Shown in pieces: positions 47,886-56,930 of a stretch of 64,000 nt of DNA. The DNA is taken from positions 62,001-126,000 of IMG/VR virus record IMGVR_UViG_2030936005_000022; one strand, given 5' to 3'. Under the pieces are notes generated by a model. The model ran no database searches. It was not told the origin of the DNA and saw only the letters and a list, made by a program, of their open reading frames with translations. The first letter of the stretch is position 1, and each line of letters begins with the position of its first letter. The translations under genes were made by a program, and so were the position numbers. The DNA comes from an uncultured virus (IMG/VR IMGVR_UViG_2030936005_000022) (lineage: Duplodnaviria; Heunggongvirae; Uroviricota; Caudoviricetes).

Positions 47886-48486
47886 GATTTTCTGCCTCAA
47901 ATAGTAGTTCTAATGCATTTTCATACATAGAATCGATAATGTTTAATGATAGTTCTGCTGGAATGAACTCAGACAAATCCAAATCCAAGTGCTGGTAATC
48001 CAAATCAAAACCAATACTGTGCTTTCTAGCAATCTTTTCCAAATAGTCATACACTTCACACGCAGGTTTGATGTACTGGTGATCTGGAAGATTGTACAAC
48101 ATAGTCATTTGGAAATGCTCATCTTCTGCAATATTACGATCCACTTCTAGTGATTCGTCCATGTACACAATTTTAGTACTGTGCATAGGTAGATACATCC
48201 ACGAAGGATATAAAATAGTTCTACCACCATAGTTTTGTAGATTACCGAATAATGAAGGTTGGTTGGTTTCTCTGTCTTCTAACATCAATCCAATTCCATT
48301 AGTACCTTTCTTTGAAGTCAAGTACATTTCATAGCGACTTAATGGATGAGATAATCCTACAAAACATTCAGAGAACATGTTTTTGTACTTTTTAGATTCT
48401 TTTAGTTCAAATACATCAACAGCAGTATGGAACCGCCATTGATTGACTAATTCAAAAAAGAACAACATAGATTGTATATTTTTCAT
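47851..48486 (-). CDS. FQ-motif family hypothetical protein
   Basis: EDEHFQMTMLY. Confidence 0.75.
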   Translation of the reverse strand: MKNIQSMLFFFELVNQWRFHTAVDVFELKESKKYKNMFSECFVGLSHPLSRYEMYLTSKKGTNGIGLMLEDRETNQPSLFGNLQNYGGRTILYPSWMYLPMHSTKIVYMDESLEVDRNIAEDEHFQMTMLYNLPDHQYIKPACEVYDYLEKIARKHSIGFDLDYQHLDLDLSEFIPAELSLNIIDSMYENALELLFEAENHGNPFNHYVVQ

Positions 48487-49004
48487 ATTAATCCTTCTGG
48501 AATATCTAGGTTATCAAAATTCTCTTCCATGCCAATATCAATCATTGTGTTGGACATGTAGCATATTTTAGCTAAAGATGGACAGTACTTAGCAATAGCA
48601 TCGTACATCTCTTGAGTACCGAAATTATAGATAGTATTCATTTGGAATACATACTCTTCATCAAAAGAATCCATCTTACGAGTTTCAATTGGCATCTCAT
48701 CAAAGTACGACCCAACATCTACTAAATGTGTAATGTCCACCATTTCACCTAATTTACCATACACAGTAAGTTTAGGATAGTATGTTTCATCTAATCGTAT
48801 TCTACTGTTCGGTGCTTTTGGTGAACTGCGAGAACAATCATAGATAGTAATAATCTCTCTACAAGTTTCTAAATTGTGAATACCAACTTTATAATGCGTA
48901 ACATACGCTCGGTATGGACCAATTTGGTTATCAAAGAAATTGGATTCATTTTTATTACGATCATAAAGTTGTATTAAGTTAAACACTACTTCAACTATAT
49001 TCAT
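48483..49004 (-). CDS. FQ-motif family hypothetical protein
   Basis: EEYVFQMNTIY. Confidence 0.75.
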   Translation of the reverse strand: MNIVEVVFNLIQLYDRNKNESNFFDNQIGPYRAYVTHYKVGIHNLETCREIITIYDCSRSSPKAPNSRIRLDETYYPKLTVYGKLGEMVDITHLVDVGSYFDEMPIETRKMDSFDEEYVFQMNTIYNFGTQEMYDAIAKYCPSLAKICYMSNTMIDIGMEENFDNLDIPEGLI

Positions 49005-49579
49005 TTGGTCATCTCCAAAAACTCATAGGACAAGTTAGGCATGATACGTTGAGGTAGATTCCCAGAAACGAAACATTTGTGTTGCATCATCATTGGGCGA
49101 ATCTTTTGTGCAAATTCGTAAAACGCCATAAGCTCATCAAGCTCTGGAAGAGAGCTAATGGCGGTACTCAACATGAAGTGGTTACCTTCTTCACATACTT
49201 CATGGAAGGAATATTCCTCACATTCTTCACCAGCCCTCATCTTTATACGAACAAGTATATCATCTAAAAACTTTGGATTCAAGTGATATTTGATCATACC
49301 ACCCAAGCCAATGTAAATTTCCGATCTTTCTTTTGAGTCGTTTTTGAAATTCGATATCTCAAATCCATAATCTAACGTTTTATCACTGGCTGACCAACCA
49401 GAGTACTCATACTCTTCAGTACGGTTACCACGTACATCATATGTACTCTCTGCGACATGAGAATGAGTCATTCCAAAGTCTTCATACTGTCTACGTTGCT
49501 TTACCTTTTTGTCTCTTAGATTGTACAAAGAATCAAAAGCATTAAGTACACTACGCTGTAAAGTTTTATAATCCCGCAT
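49001..49579 (-). CDS. FQ-motif family hypothetical protein
   Basis: EEGNHFMLSTAI; likely start MRDYKT. Confidence 0.7.
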   Translation of the reverse strand: MRDYKTLQRSVLNAFDSLYNLRDKKVKQRRQYEDFGMTHSHVAESTYDVRGNRTEEYEYSGWSASDKTLDYGFEISNFKNDSKERSEIYIGLGGMIKYHLNPKFLDDILVRIKMRAGEECEEYSFHEVCEEGNHFMLSTAISSLPELDELMAFYEFAQKIRPMMMQHKCFVSGNLPQRIMPNLSYEFLEMTK

Positions 49580-50099
49580 ATAAATTACTCCAGTACTCAA
49601 AGTCACCACCCTCATTTACAATCTTACGAACTAACGGAATAGGGTTTAACAACTTACCACGATAAGATCCATTAAATGAAATACCGTTTTCAATACATTC
49701 AGTCATAGCTTGATATACTTGTTGAATTTCTTCAATATCAGTACTCAATTCAGCAAGTAAACTGTACTGAAAATATCCTTCCTCAGTGAGCAAATCTTCA
49801 GTACTAACTGTCATGTTGGTTCCACCAGTAACATACAAGGTAGTGCGGAAGTCTGTATTGTTGTTAGTAATGTACGCTCTTTTGGACGTAATGGCAATAT
49901 AGTTACGTTCCATATAATGATTAAATGAACGATTCATCTTCATAGAGTAGCCATCGTTATACACTTCTAATTGACGACTATTCCTTTCCCATTTCCACAA
50001 CATATGGTTGTACTTGTACGCAATATCAAAATCGGAAACTTCTTCTTCTAACTCTTTGAATAGTTTAATTAAAGTACGGATATTTTCAAGATAATACAT
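49566..50099 (-). CDS. FQ-motif family hypothetical protein
   Basis: EEGYFQYSLLAE. Confidence 0.75.
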   Translation of the reverse strand: MYYLENIRTLIKLFKELEEEVSDFDIAYKYNHMLWKWERNSRQLEVYNDGYSMKMNRSFNHYMERNYIAITSKRAYITNNNTDFRTTLYVTGGTNMTVSTEDLLTEEGYFQYSLLAELSTDIEEIQQVYQAMTECIENGISFNGSYRGKLLNPIPLVRKIVNEGGDFEYWSNLYAGL

Positions 50100-50105
50100 A
50101 GAACC

Positions 50106-50405
50106 TCACTTGTTCCAATCACTTCCCATAGATTCAATCTCTTCAGCGATATCATAGATCTCACTTAGAGTTGCTTTTACCCAAAACACAGTTGAACTGG
50201 AAATACTTTCATATCTGTGATTTCCAGAATACAAGAATACAGTATCTTGAGTACATTCTACAGTACTGTCACCAATGGTAACATGGTCTAATAAAGTATA
50301 TTCTTTACCTTCTGGTTTTTTGTACACAGAAGTGTTGTGATCAATATTAATAGCTTCTAGTTGAAACCACACATCATTTGGAACTGCTCTGATATTATAA
50401 CTCAT
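50106..50405 (-). CDS. Hypothetical protein
   Basis: About 99 aa. Confidence 0.65.
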   Translation of the reverse strand: MSYNIRAVPNDVWFQLEAINIDHNTSVYKKPEGKEYTLLDHVTIGDSTVECTQDTVFLYSGNHRYESISSSTVFWVKATLSEIYDIAEEIESMGSDWNK

Positions 50406-50419
50406 ATTCACCTTCTATT

Positions 50420-50448
50420 AAAAAGAGTACACGACATGTGTCGTGTAC
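50420..50448 (-). terminator. Intrinsic terminator
   Basis: GTACACGACA-TG-TGTCGTGTAC plus T-run on minus strand. Confidence 0.7.
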
Positions 50449-50455
50449 ATAATGA

Positions 50456-51187
50456 CTACATTAATGAAACCATTCCGAGAAGAATACTTTCATCAGGTCT
50501 TTGATATTTTTGTTTTTCTATTTTGAAGTAGAATGAATCAGCATCTTGTAAATCATAACGCTTTTTCAAACAACGAGTATAAGTACTGTTATTTGGATGT
50601 ACCCATTCGTACACCTGAACACCATCCTCATTATACCCATCAATACTTCTTCTGTTCCCTTCGTGCTTGTGGAAGTTCTTACTACGTTCAGTAAAAGTCT
50701 TTTCAGCAACACTATCAGGGAAATCGTATATGTATGGAACTTCTGTTAGTCTGAAGTAAAAGTATTTCTCATCTTCAGAGTAACCTAGAAGAACAGTTTC
50801 AGTACTAGTCACATTGTACTTCTCTTTACTCTTCTGTTCGTTTTCCATAATATCTTGTAGTACTTCTTTTAAAACAAGATCTGGTTCAGCATTAGGATTG
50901 GATACCCCTGATACACGTCTTTCGATAATGAAATCAGTGAATCTCCTTTCTTCTTCTACTTCGCCATTCATATACATACCCACAAACTTGTCTTTATATG
51001 ACTTTACTGAGTACTGCATACCCTGTACTTCACTAAACACATCAGCCAATAGGTTAGCTTGTCCACACTGTACCCCTGACGAAGCCGCCGCAGTTGCGTA
51101 TTCTGCCATGATTGGGTTTAGTGCTTGGAAACTAGCCATGTTTAACTCGTTTGCGAGTTCTTGTGCAAATTTAATTCGATCTAACAT
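50456..51187 (-). CDS. Hypothetical protein, possible PD-(D/E)xK restriction-endonuclease-like fold
   Basis: AEY...LADV-x8-YSVKS arrangement; ORF is credible, the fold call is tentative. Confidence 0.4.
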   Translation of the reverse strand: MLDRIKFAQELANELNMASFQALNPIMAEYATAAASSGVQCGQANLLADVFSEVQGMQYSVKSYKDKFVGMYMNGEVEEERRFTDFIIERRVSGVSNPNAEPDLVLKEVLQDIMENEQKSKEKYNVTSTETVLLGYSEDEKYFYFRLTEVPYIYDFPDSVAEKTFTERSKNFHKHEGNRRSIDGYNEDGVQVYEWVHPNNSTYTRCLKKRYDLQDADSFYFKIEKQKYQRPDESILLGMVSLM

Positions 51188-51219
51188 CGTTCACATTCCT
51201 TGTGATTAAATCTGCTTTA

Positions 51220-51846
51220 CTACTCCTTAATTCCATATTTTTGTCTTAAATCTTCTATCTCTAAATCCACAATACATCCCGAACTCTTCATCAGTACTTT
51301 ATCGACATGTTCACTTAGTAGTAAAAGATGTAATGCATTCATCGCAATGACGTATAAGAATTCTGGAGTTTCGGTATCTATCATACTGTGCTGAAACATT
51401 GATGCTTCATCAGCTAAATCTATAGTATTAGTACGACCTTTACTATCTTTGATAATAAATTCAGTACTTATATTTTCTATTTTAATAGTCCATTCGTTGG
51501 GACTAAAATATCCAAGGGATATTAAATTAATTCTTGGAGAACGGACCATACCCAAATGGAATGTCTCTAGACTTGCTAGATGTTCAGTATTACCATGCAT
51601 ATAAGTACCAATACGCGGCGTAGTACTTTGTACGTAAAATGTTTCCGAAGCAATTTCACCATCAATACGATGGAAGGTTTTATGCGTTTTAGCATCTCTG
51701 GAATTCATCAATGCTAATGGATAGTTTATGTGGTTGAATGGTAGTTCAGGAAGTTCATCAGCTTTCATGCGACTAATCTCCATCATGTACTCAATGTTTT
51801 TTATCATTCTTCCAAAGTTAAGTCTAGCTGCTTGTTCTTGCGTCAT
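51220..51846 (-). CDS. FQ-motif family hypothetical protein
   Basis: DEASMFQHSMID; N-terminus MTQEQAARLN shared with next gene. Confidence 0.75.
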   Translation of the reverse strand: MTQEQAARLNFGRMIKNIEYMMEISRMKADELPELPFNHINYPLALMNSRDAKTHKTFHRIDGEIASETFYVQSTTPRIGTYMHGNTEHLASLETFHLGMVRSPRINLISLGYFSPNEWTIKIENISTEFIIKDSKGRTNTIDLADEASMFQHSMIDTETPEFLYVIAMNALHLLLLSEHVDKVLMKSSGCIVDLEIEDLRQKYGIKE

Positions 51847-52440
51847 ATTCATCCCTCAAATTACGGATACCTAAATCGAATTTTAAAAAATTACACTTCA
51901 GGGTAAGTTTATTCACATTGTGAGATTTATGCAATAACTTTCTCATATTCTTTGCAATATCTAAAAGATACAACGGCACACCACCGACTACTGAGTACTG
52001 AAAAACTTCTGCTTCATCATTAATATTGACAGTAGATGTTAATATATTATTAGCAGTTGAGATATGCTTGAGAACATAATGTGGTGACTCTTCTTCGATA
52101 ATGATATACAAATCCCGACTACATTCATTATAGATAATATAATTATCAAGTTCAAAGCGACTATCTTTATATGCAGTAGTCATATAACACACAGATGGGT
52201 TGTACATACTATCTTTTGGTTTTGTAAATTGACGTAGATGCTGGGTTCGGTTGCGTACATATAAGTTCTGCCTAATTTCGCTGAATCTTCCATTACCATC
52301 TGGTCTTCTATGATATTATAATTTGCGTTTTTAAACCCTAGATCCATCATATGGATACCTTTAGCACTCATCTCTAGCATAAAGTCCATAGAATTGATAA
52401 TATTAGTTGAATTCAAAAGGGTTGCTTCTTCTTGTGTCAT
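51824..52440 (-). CDS. FQ-motif family protein split by an indel at about 52221
   Basis: MTQEEATLLN N-terminus plus DEAEVFQYSVVG; one added A joins both ORFs. Confidence 0.65.
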
Positions 52441-52460
52441 AAAGTCTCCAATTTTAGCTT

Positions 52461-52488
52461 AAAAGAAAACCCACATGTTAGTGGGTTT
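52461..52488 (-). terminator. Intrinsic terminator
   Basis: AAACCCAC-N6-GTGGGTTT. Confidence 0.65.
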
Positions 52489-52639
52489 AGATATCTTTGT
52501 CAACAAGTCTTTCGTGAATTGTTTCATCACAAACACTACAGATAGTCTTTGCAATAACAATTCCACCATCTTGTCCTACACCATACGTACATATCGTATA
52601 TGCTAGTACTTCAACGTGACAGTACGGACAGTGTTTCAT
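52487..52639 (-). CDS. 50-aa Zn-ribbon protein (not in ORF track)
   Basis: MKHCPYC...CSVC. Confidence 0.6.
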   Translation of the reverse strand: MKHCPYCHVEVLAYTICTYGVGQDGGIVIAKTICSVCDETIHERLVDKDI

Positions 52640-52646
52640 TTCGCAA

Positions 52647-52862
52647 TCATCTTCCATCTTTAATCCTCGTTATTGATTCTTCAAGTAGATGCCAGAAGAA
52701 GCAACCACCGAATACCACAATGATACAACTAATGGCGTACAAGATATAAAAAGAACTAACTGGAATAATAGAAAGTACTACAAGGTAGAAGAACATAATC
52801 AAACAAATAACACAGATTGCAATTCTTCTAATAGCTATGCGAAGTCTATCTGATATACTCAT
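52647..52862 (-). CDS. Membrane protein
   Basis: Two TM helices. Confidence 0.65.
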   Translation of the reverse strand: MSISDRLRIAIRRIAICVICLIMFFYLVVLSIIPVSSFYILYAISCIIVVFGGCFFWHLLEESITRIKDGR

Positions 52863-53470
52863 AGGCTTAGTGCCTGAATTGTATTCACTTGAGTACGAAG
52901 GATGAACTTCAAGTTCTCATAAACAGAACGATTTGAGAAGTTCTCTTTGCAAAGGCGAATCATATCAAAGTAATAATCCTCAGTCTCTTTACAGTACTCA
53001 GAAAGTTTTTCTGCACTGAACACACCCGGTGCAGTACTGAGATTATGAACACGGTCAATAAGTTTCACAATACTACATACTTCACATGTACTCAATACAT
53101 TGAAATACTTCTGGTATCCACACTCACCTGATTTAAACTTAGCAAGACGATCACTGTACTGGAGTACATTAGGAAATAGCTCTAGAAGCTCCTGACGCTT
53201 CTCTGGGTAGTCTTCAATCACGTCATGGACCAAGATTGCCTTATACACATCAAGTGGTTTAGAAAGCTGCTGGTGGAACGTGAGAGCGAATGCAATCATC
53301 TCTAGCTGATGACTGAACTCACGTGAGCCATCTTTGCGAGTATACACATGAATGTTCTCGCAGAAGATTAGTAGTTTGCGAAGATCGTTATAGCCGGGAT
53401 CAGCTAGAGCCAACCCCTCGATGATGCCAAGTACTTTAGTGCGTAGTTTATCATAATCGGTTTTAGGCAT
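52859..53470 (-). CDS. HD-domain hydrolase, SpoT/Mesh1-like small alarmone hydrolase family
   Basis: H...RKDG..EFSH, VHDVIED, VKLIDRVHNL. Confidence 0.8.
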   Translation of the reverse strand: MPKTDYDKLRTKVLGIIEGLALADPGYNDLRKLLIFCENIHVYTRKDGSREFSHQLEMIAFALTFHQQLSKPLDVYKAILVHDVIEDYPEKRQELLELFPNVLQYSDRLAKFKSGECGYQKYFNVLSTCEVCSIVKLIDRVHNLSTAPGVFSAEKLSEYCKETEDYYFDMIRLCKENFSNRSVYENLKFILRTQVNTIQALSL

Positions 53471-53472
53471 AA

Positions 53473-54090
53473 TTAGTCCTCGTCGTCATCATCATCGTCA
53501 TCGCCGTCCATATCAATTTCGATATACATATCATCGTCATCAATAATTTCAACAACAACCCCGTCTACCTTCATGTCTTTGAATATTACATCGTACTTTT
53601 CTTCAGAAGGAATTAGAATGAAGTCTGTAACATCTTCAATTGGTGGTAGTTTATCAAGATCAATGTCAGCACCAAGGGATTTTAGTTGGTTTAGTAGAGC
53701 CTCTTTGTACTCTTGGAATTTCTCTGGTGTTGGGAAGTCCATAATCATCTGAGCAATAATACCTTCGGAGCAACCGTAAGTAATACCAAGTTGACTATCT
53801 AATGCTACTTCAGCCCATAGAGGAACACGCATTTGACTCTGGATGTGTTCTAGTACTGCTTTAACTTTTTCATGACGATCACTATTAATGATGTAATCCA
53901 AGTTAAGTACTGTCATGTTCATATCTTCAATTGAACCTTCTTCTTCGAAAGCCCCGTAGTCATTGAAGACGTACTGCACATTATCAAAGTAATATGCTAC
54001 TGCAAAATCTTGGTCTTCACCCTTACCACGAATTGGACGTGGGGAGAAACCCATACGATGATAACGCATAAATGTATTGGTTGTAAACAC
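53473..54090 (-). CDS. Hypothetical protein with acidic C-terminal tail
   Basis: AAGGAG SD, GTG start, poly-Asp tail. Confidence 0.75.
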   Translation of the reverse strand: MFTTNTFMRYHRMGFSPRPIRGKGEDQDFAVAYYFDNVQYVFNDYGAFEEEGSIEDMNMTVLNLDYIINSDRHEKVKAVLEHIQSQMRVPLWAEVALDSQLGITYGCSEGIIAQMIMDFPTPEKFQEYKEALLNQLKSLGADIDLDKLPPIEDVTDFILIPSEEKYDVIFKDMKVDGVVVEIIDDDDMYIEIDMDGDDDDDDDED

Positions 54091-54099
54091 TGTTGCTCC

Positions 54100-54339
54100 T
54101 TAGTTCATACTACTGCATACATAGATTGTATTGTTTCCCAAGTACAACAAAGTCGCTTTAGGATATTCATATACCATATCGTCTGCTTCAAAATAACAGA
54201 AAGATACGGTTTCATCTTGTAGTGATTCAATTAGATTTTTAGTACTGCTACTCATGTTCTGAAGATATACATGAATGTATGTTAAACCTTCTAGTGCAGT
54301 GCACCTCTCTGGGATGATATTTCCATTAATTGTTATCAT
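54100..54339 (-). CDS. Hypothetical protein
   Basis: 79 aa in operon. Confidence 0.6.
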   Translation of the reverse strand: MITINGNIIPERCTALEGLTYIHVYLQNMSSSTKNLIESLQDETVSFCYFEADDMVYEYPKATLLYLGNNTIYVCSSMN

Positions 54340-54628
54340 TGGTCATCCCCAAATAACTGGTTATATCGTCGTGACTCATTTCTTCATCACTCTCAATGTA
54401 GTTCATTAGAGAATCGATGGTTGAAAACAATTGAGCTAATTCATGAGCTTCCTCGCGAGTGTAAGAATAACCCATTGGAATCAAACTAGACTTCCATTCT
54501 CCCATACATTTGTGGGAAACGCAAGCAAAGATTTTCACTGCACCATTAAAAATACCAACATGACGGTAACCCGTCAATTCGTTGTCAGCCCAATGTACTG
54601 CTGGTGCTGGTCGTAATTCAAGTTCCAT
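54326..54628 (-). CDS. Hypothetical protein
   Basis: 100 aa, GAGGA SD. Confidence 0.65.
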   Translation of the reverse strand: MELELRPAPAVHWADNELTGYRHVGIFNGAVKIFACVSHKCMGEWKSSLIPMGYSYTREEAHELAQLFSTIDSLMNYIESDEEMSHDDITSYLGMTNDNN

Positions 54629-54629
54629 A

Positions 54630-55167
54630 TCATTTCCTCATATGCGATTGAACGCCACAGAACATATCATATTTTAAGTACTCATCATCTCCGGGTAAAC
54701 ATATCTTGAATGTACCGAAGTCATTGTTCAGTACTGACTGACGCATTAAGGTACTACTGTATATGCATCCAGTTCTGTCTGAACCTGCGAGTACTGTCTT
54801 GATGGAGTTAAAATTATAGTTCACTCCGTTATATTTGTCAAGTGTTTTTTGAAATGAATCAGTTCTATCACTTCCACCCACAAATACAATTTCTTCGTAC
54901 TCACCGTTTAGGCCATCCATGATATCAAACAAGTTTTTTGACATTTTCATCTTGGATTGTGTTAGCAATTTCTGGGAAGAACTTTGAAATATAGAACTGA
55001 CGAAGTTCTCTTGGAAGTGGATTTCTTTCTGTATCTATTGTTGAACTCAAGAAGAGTTTAACATCGGTAGAAGCATTCTGCAAAGATAATGCTTGTTCGA
55101 ATACTTTACCGTGACCTAAGTGTACGGGATTCATTCTCCCGTACATAAACACACAAGTTTTAGACAT
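54630..55167 (-). CDS. HxGH nucleotidyltransferase (cytidyltransferase-like) split by an extra A in an A6 run (54934-54939)
   Basis: YGRMNPVHLGH, RNPL, VGGSDR, SSTLMR. Confidence 0.8.
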
Positions 55168-55687
55168 TTTTCATTACCAAACCTAAAGTTTTTAAGTACT
55201 GAACCTTTGCATCTGTTAAATTCCTATCAAGTACAATAATACAACTAGGGAAAGGTGCAGGGTTCTCCTTTTTAGTTACATCTCTATCAGGGTCAAAGAA
55301 CTTCAATCTTCCCTTAATAAAGCATATACAAGAACATTCTTTGGCTGCATAAAGTTGGAATGCTTTAGTATCAGTTCTAGAAGGAACTAGTATAACAACT
55401 GTGGCTCCCCTTTGATATGCATCAACTGCTTTGGTAAGCCATGTCTTAAGATCATCGTAAGGTGGGTTAAGCCAAACGATTTCAGTACCCCAATCCTGTA
55501 TTAGACTATTGTCTCCAGGAGTGTAGTACTTTTTACATAATGCACTATTGGGTAAACACGCTGCATCTAGTGTAAACTTCCAATGTGCATCTATGTCGCG
55601 AAATAACTCTCTTGGAGTATTCCATGTTTGAGATTCAGAAGAGTAATGTATACTCATATCTCTCTTTGCATTTCCTTTGCTACTCAT
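55160..55687 (-). CDS. Phage DNA N6-adenine methyltransferase; specificity unknown
   Basis: WNTP, FTLDAA, WLNPPY, LVPSRTDT, GRLKF, APFPS. Confidence 0.88.
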   Translation of the reverse strand: MSSKGNAKRDMSIHYSSESQTWNTPRELFRDIDAHWKFTLDAACLPNSALCKKYYTPGDNSLIQDWGTEIVWLNPPYDDLKTWLTKAVDAYQRGATVVILVPSRTDTKAFQLYAAKECSCICFIKGRLKFFDPDRDVTKKENPAPFPSCIIVLDRNLTDAKVQYLKTLGLVMKNV

Positions 55688-55694
55688 AAAAATC

Positions 55695-56228
55695 CTATTT
55701 TAGACAGAACCTCATAATGTCATCAAATTCGGCACTATTGATTCTGTATTCGTCGTGAAGTTTAAAGTGGCTTCCATACAACATAAAGATGTTAAAAACT
55801 TCATCTTCAGCAAACTTGTATGTGTTAAATGATTCGTTATCTCCTTTAAATCCAATGAAGGACTTAATATCTTCAGTTACATCAGTACTGTTACTGTAGT
55901 ATAAAACCGTTTTTAACTCACCACTTATTGTATATTTCCTGTACTCACCTTGAACTCTGTTGTTATGGTCAGTATAATATACAGTATTGATATTCCCATT
56001 GTTATAGCGTTCCTCGCTATAACCACCATATTTCACAGAAAAAATGACAGGTTGTTGTGTAGGTCTAAAACTAATCTTTCCTACTTGCTTTCCTTCGTTG
56101 AACTCAATAATATTACTGAGTTTATTGAAGTCCTTTGTAATTTTATATCCAGTAAAGTAATTCGGTACTTCGTTGTCATTGGGCTTGATAACTGTACCAT
56201 CTTTCTGTTTATATGTTACTTCATTCAT
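55695..56228 (-). CDS. Hypothetical protein with MORN-variant-like repeats and a divergent FQ-like motif
   Basis: YNNGNI...QGEYRKY..SGEL; EDEVFNIFMLYG. Confidence 0.65.
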   Translation of the reverse strand: MNEVTYKQKDGTVIKPNDNEVPNYFTGYKITKDFNKLSNIIEFNEGKQVGKISFRPTQQPVIFSVKYGGYSEERYNNGNINTVYYTDHNNRVQGEYRKYTISGELKTVLYYSNSTDVTEDIKSFIGFKGDNESFNTYKFAEDEVFNIFMLYGSHFKLHDEYRINSAEFDDIMRFCLK

Positions 56229-56252
56229 TGTCTGTGCTTCTCTTTTTGTTAT

Positions 56253-56355
56253 GTACAATCAACGAATCATTTCACTTCGTTCTATGATTCAGAGAAAGAA
56301 TAATTCAAATACTCACTAGCGTTCGTATTTTAATATTCTTTTCATTGGATTGTAC
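56253..56355 (-). other. Y-shaped element with twin GA-AC-G(N/NN)A-GT-GA hairpins
   Basis: Closing stem GTACAATC/GATTGTAC; arms 56264-56290 and 56294-56343. Confidence 0.6.
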
Positions 56356-56359
56356 TTTA

Positions 56360-56899
56360 ATTATTGACGAGGTTTGTTGATTCAATTTCATCCCCCCACA
56401 GGGAGGGAAGAAAAATATATTTGACGCTGGTGGTGTCATCATTTCATGTCACGAATTTCATATAAGAACGGAAGCGGGTTGCCCGGTTTCTTCCTATCGC
56501 GGTTCTATGCAACGGTCGTAGTCTTACTACACTAATACAATAACAACATGAACTGTTATTGTACTTATCACTCAAATTCTGGACGGAATAAGGGCTAGCC
56601 CTAAATTACGTCGCACTTGAATAAGGTGAATCCCTTATACATTATGGTAGGTGCGAATCCTATATGTCTATCGTGCCGTGAACACGCCAAGTCCTCTTGT
56701 ATTAATCGACTTGGTTTTAATAGCCGCATTGCCGTGGGTGGTACTAACTATGCCATCTCCTAACGGGTCTCATCTGCTATCGTACTGAATGAACTACTCA
56801 ACTGTCCTCTACATTTTCGAGTGAATCAGGTTATTTAAATTCCCCAGAACGGGGCCATTCAGAATTGAAAAGGGGTAAAGGACACACGCCTTTACCCCT
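56360..56899. ncRNA. Candidate large structured non-coding RNA or transcription-primed origin
   Basis: Only long ORF-free gap in the window; at least 10 inverted repeats; GC-richer than flanks; promoter at 56902-56930 points into it. Confidence 0.5.
56868..56899 (-). terminator. Hairpin overlapping the predicted start site; may terminate upstream read-through
   Basis: AGGGGTAAAGG-N7-CCTTTACCCCT-TTT. Confidence 0.65.
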
Positions 56900-56901
56900 A
56901 T

Positions 56902-56930
56902 ATTATATCACATTTTTGTCACTTTGTCTC
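56902..56930 (-). promoter_or_regulatory. Promoter GAGACA-N17-TATAAT
   Basis: GAGACA-AAGTGACAAAAATGTGA-TATAAT; no ORF downstream for about 640 bp. Confidence 0.75.

Noticed and set aside
55160..55687. GATC-specific Dam assignment
   Set aside because: Family motifs do not fix specificity, so no gene symbol was given.
56640..56870. tRNA or tmRNA suggested by the T-loop-like GGTGCGAATCC and by GGGGCCATTC
   Set aside because: No cloverleaf, acceptor stem or CCA end could be built, and the two pieces are in the wrong order for a standard tmRNA.
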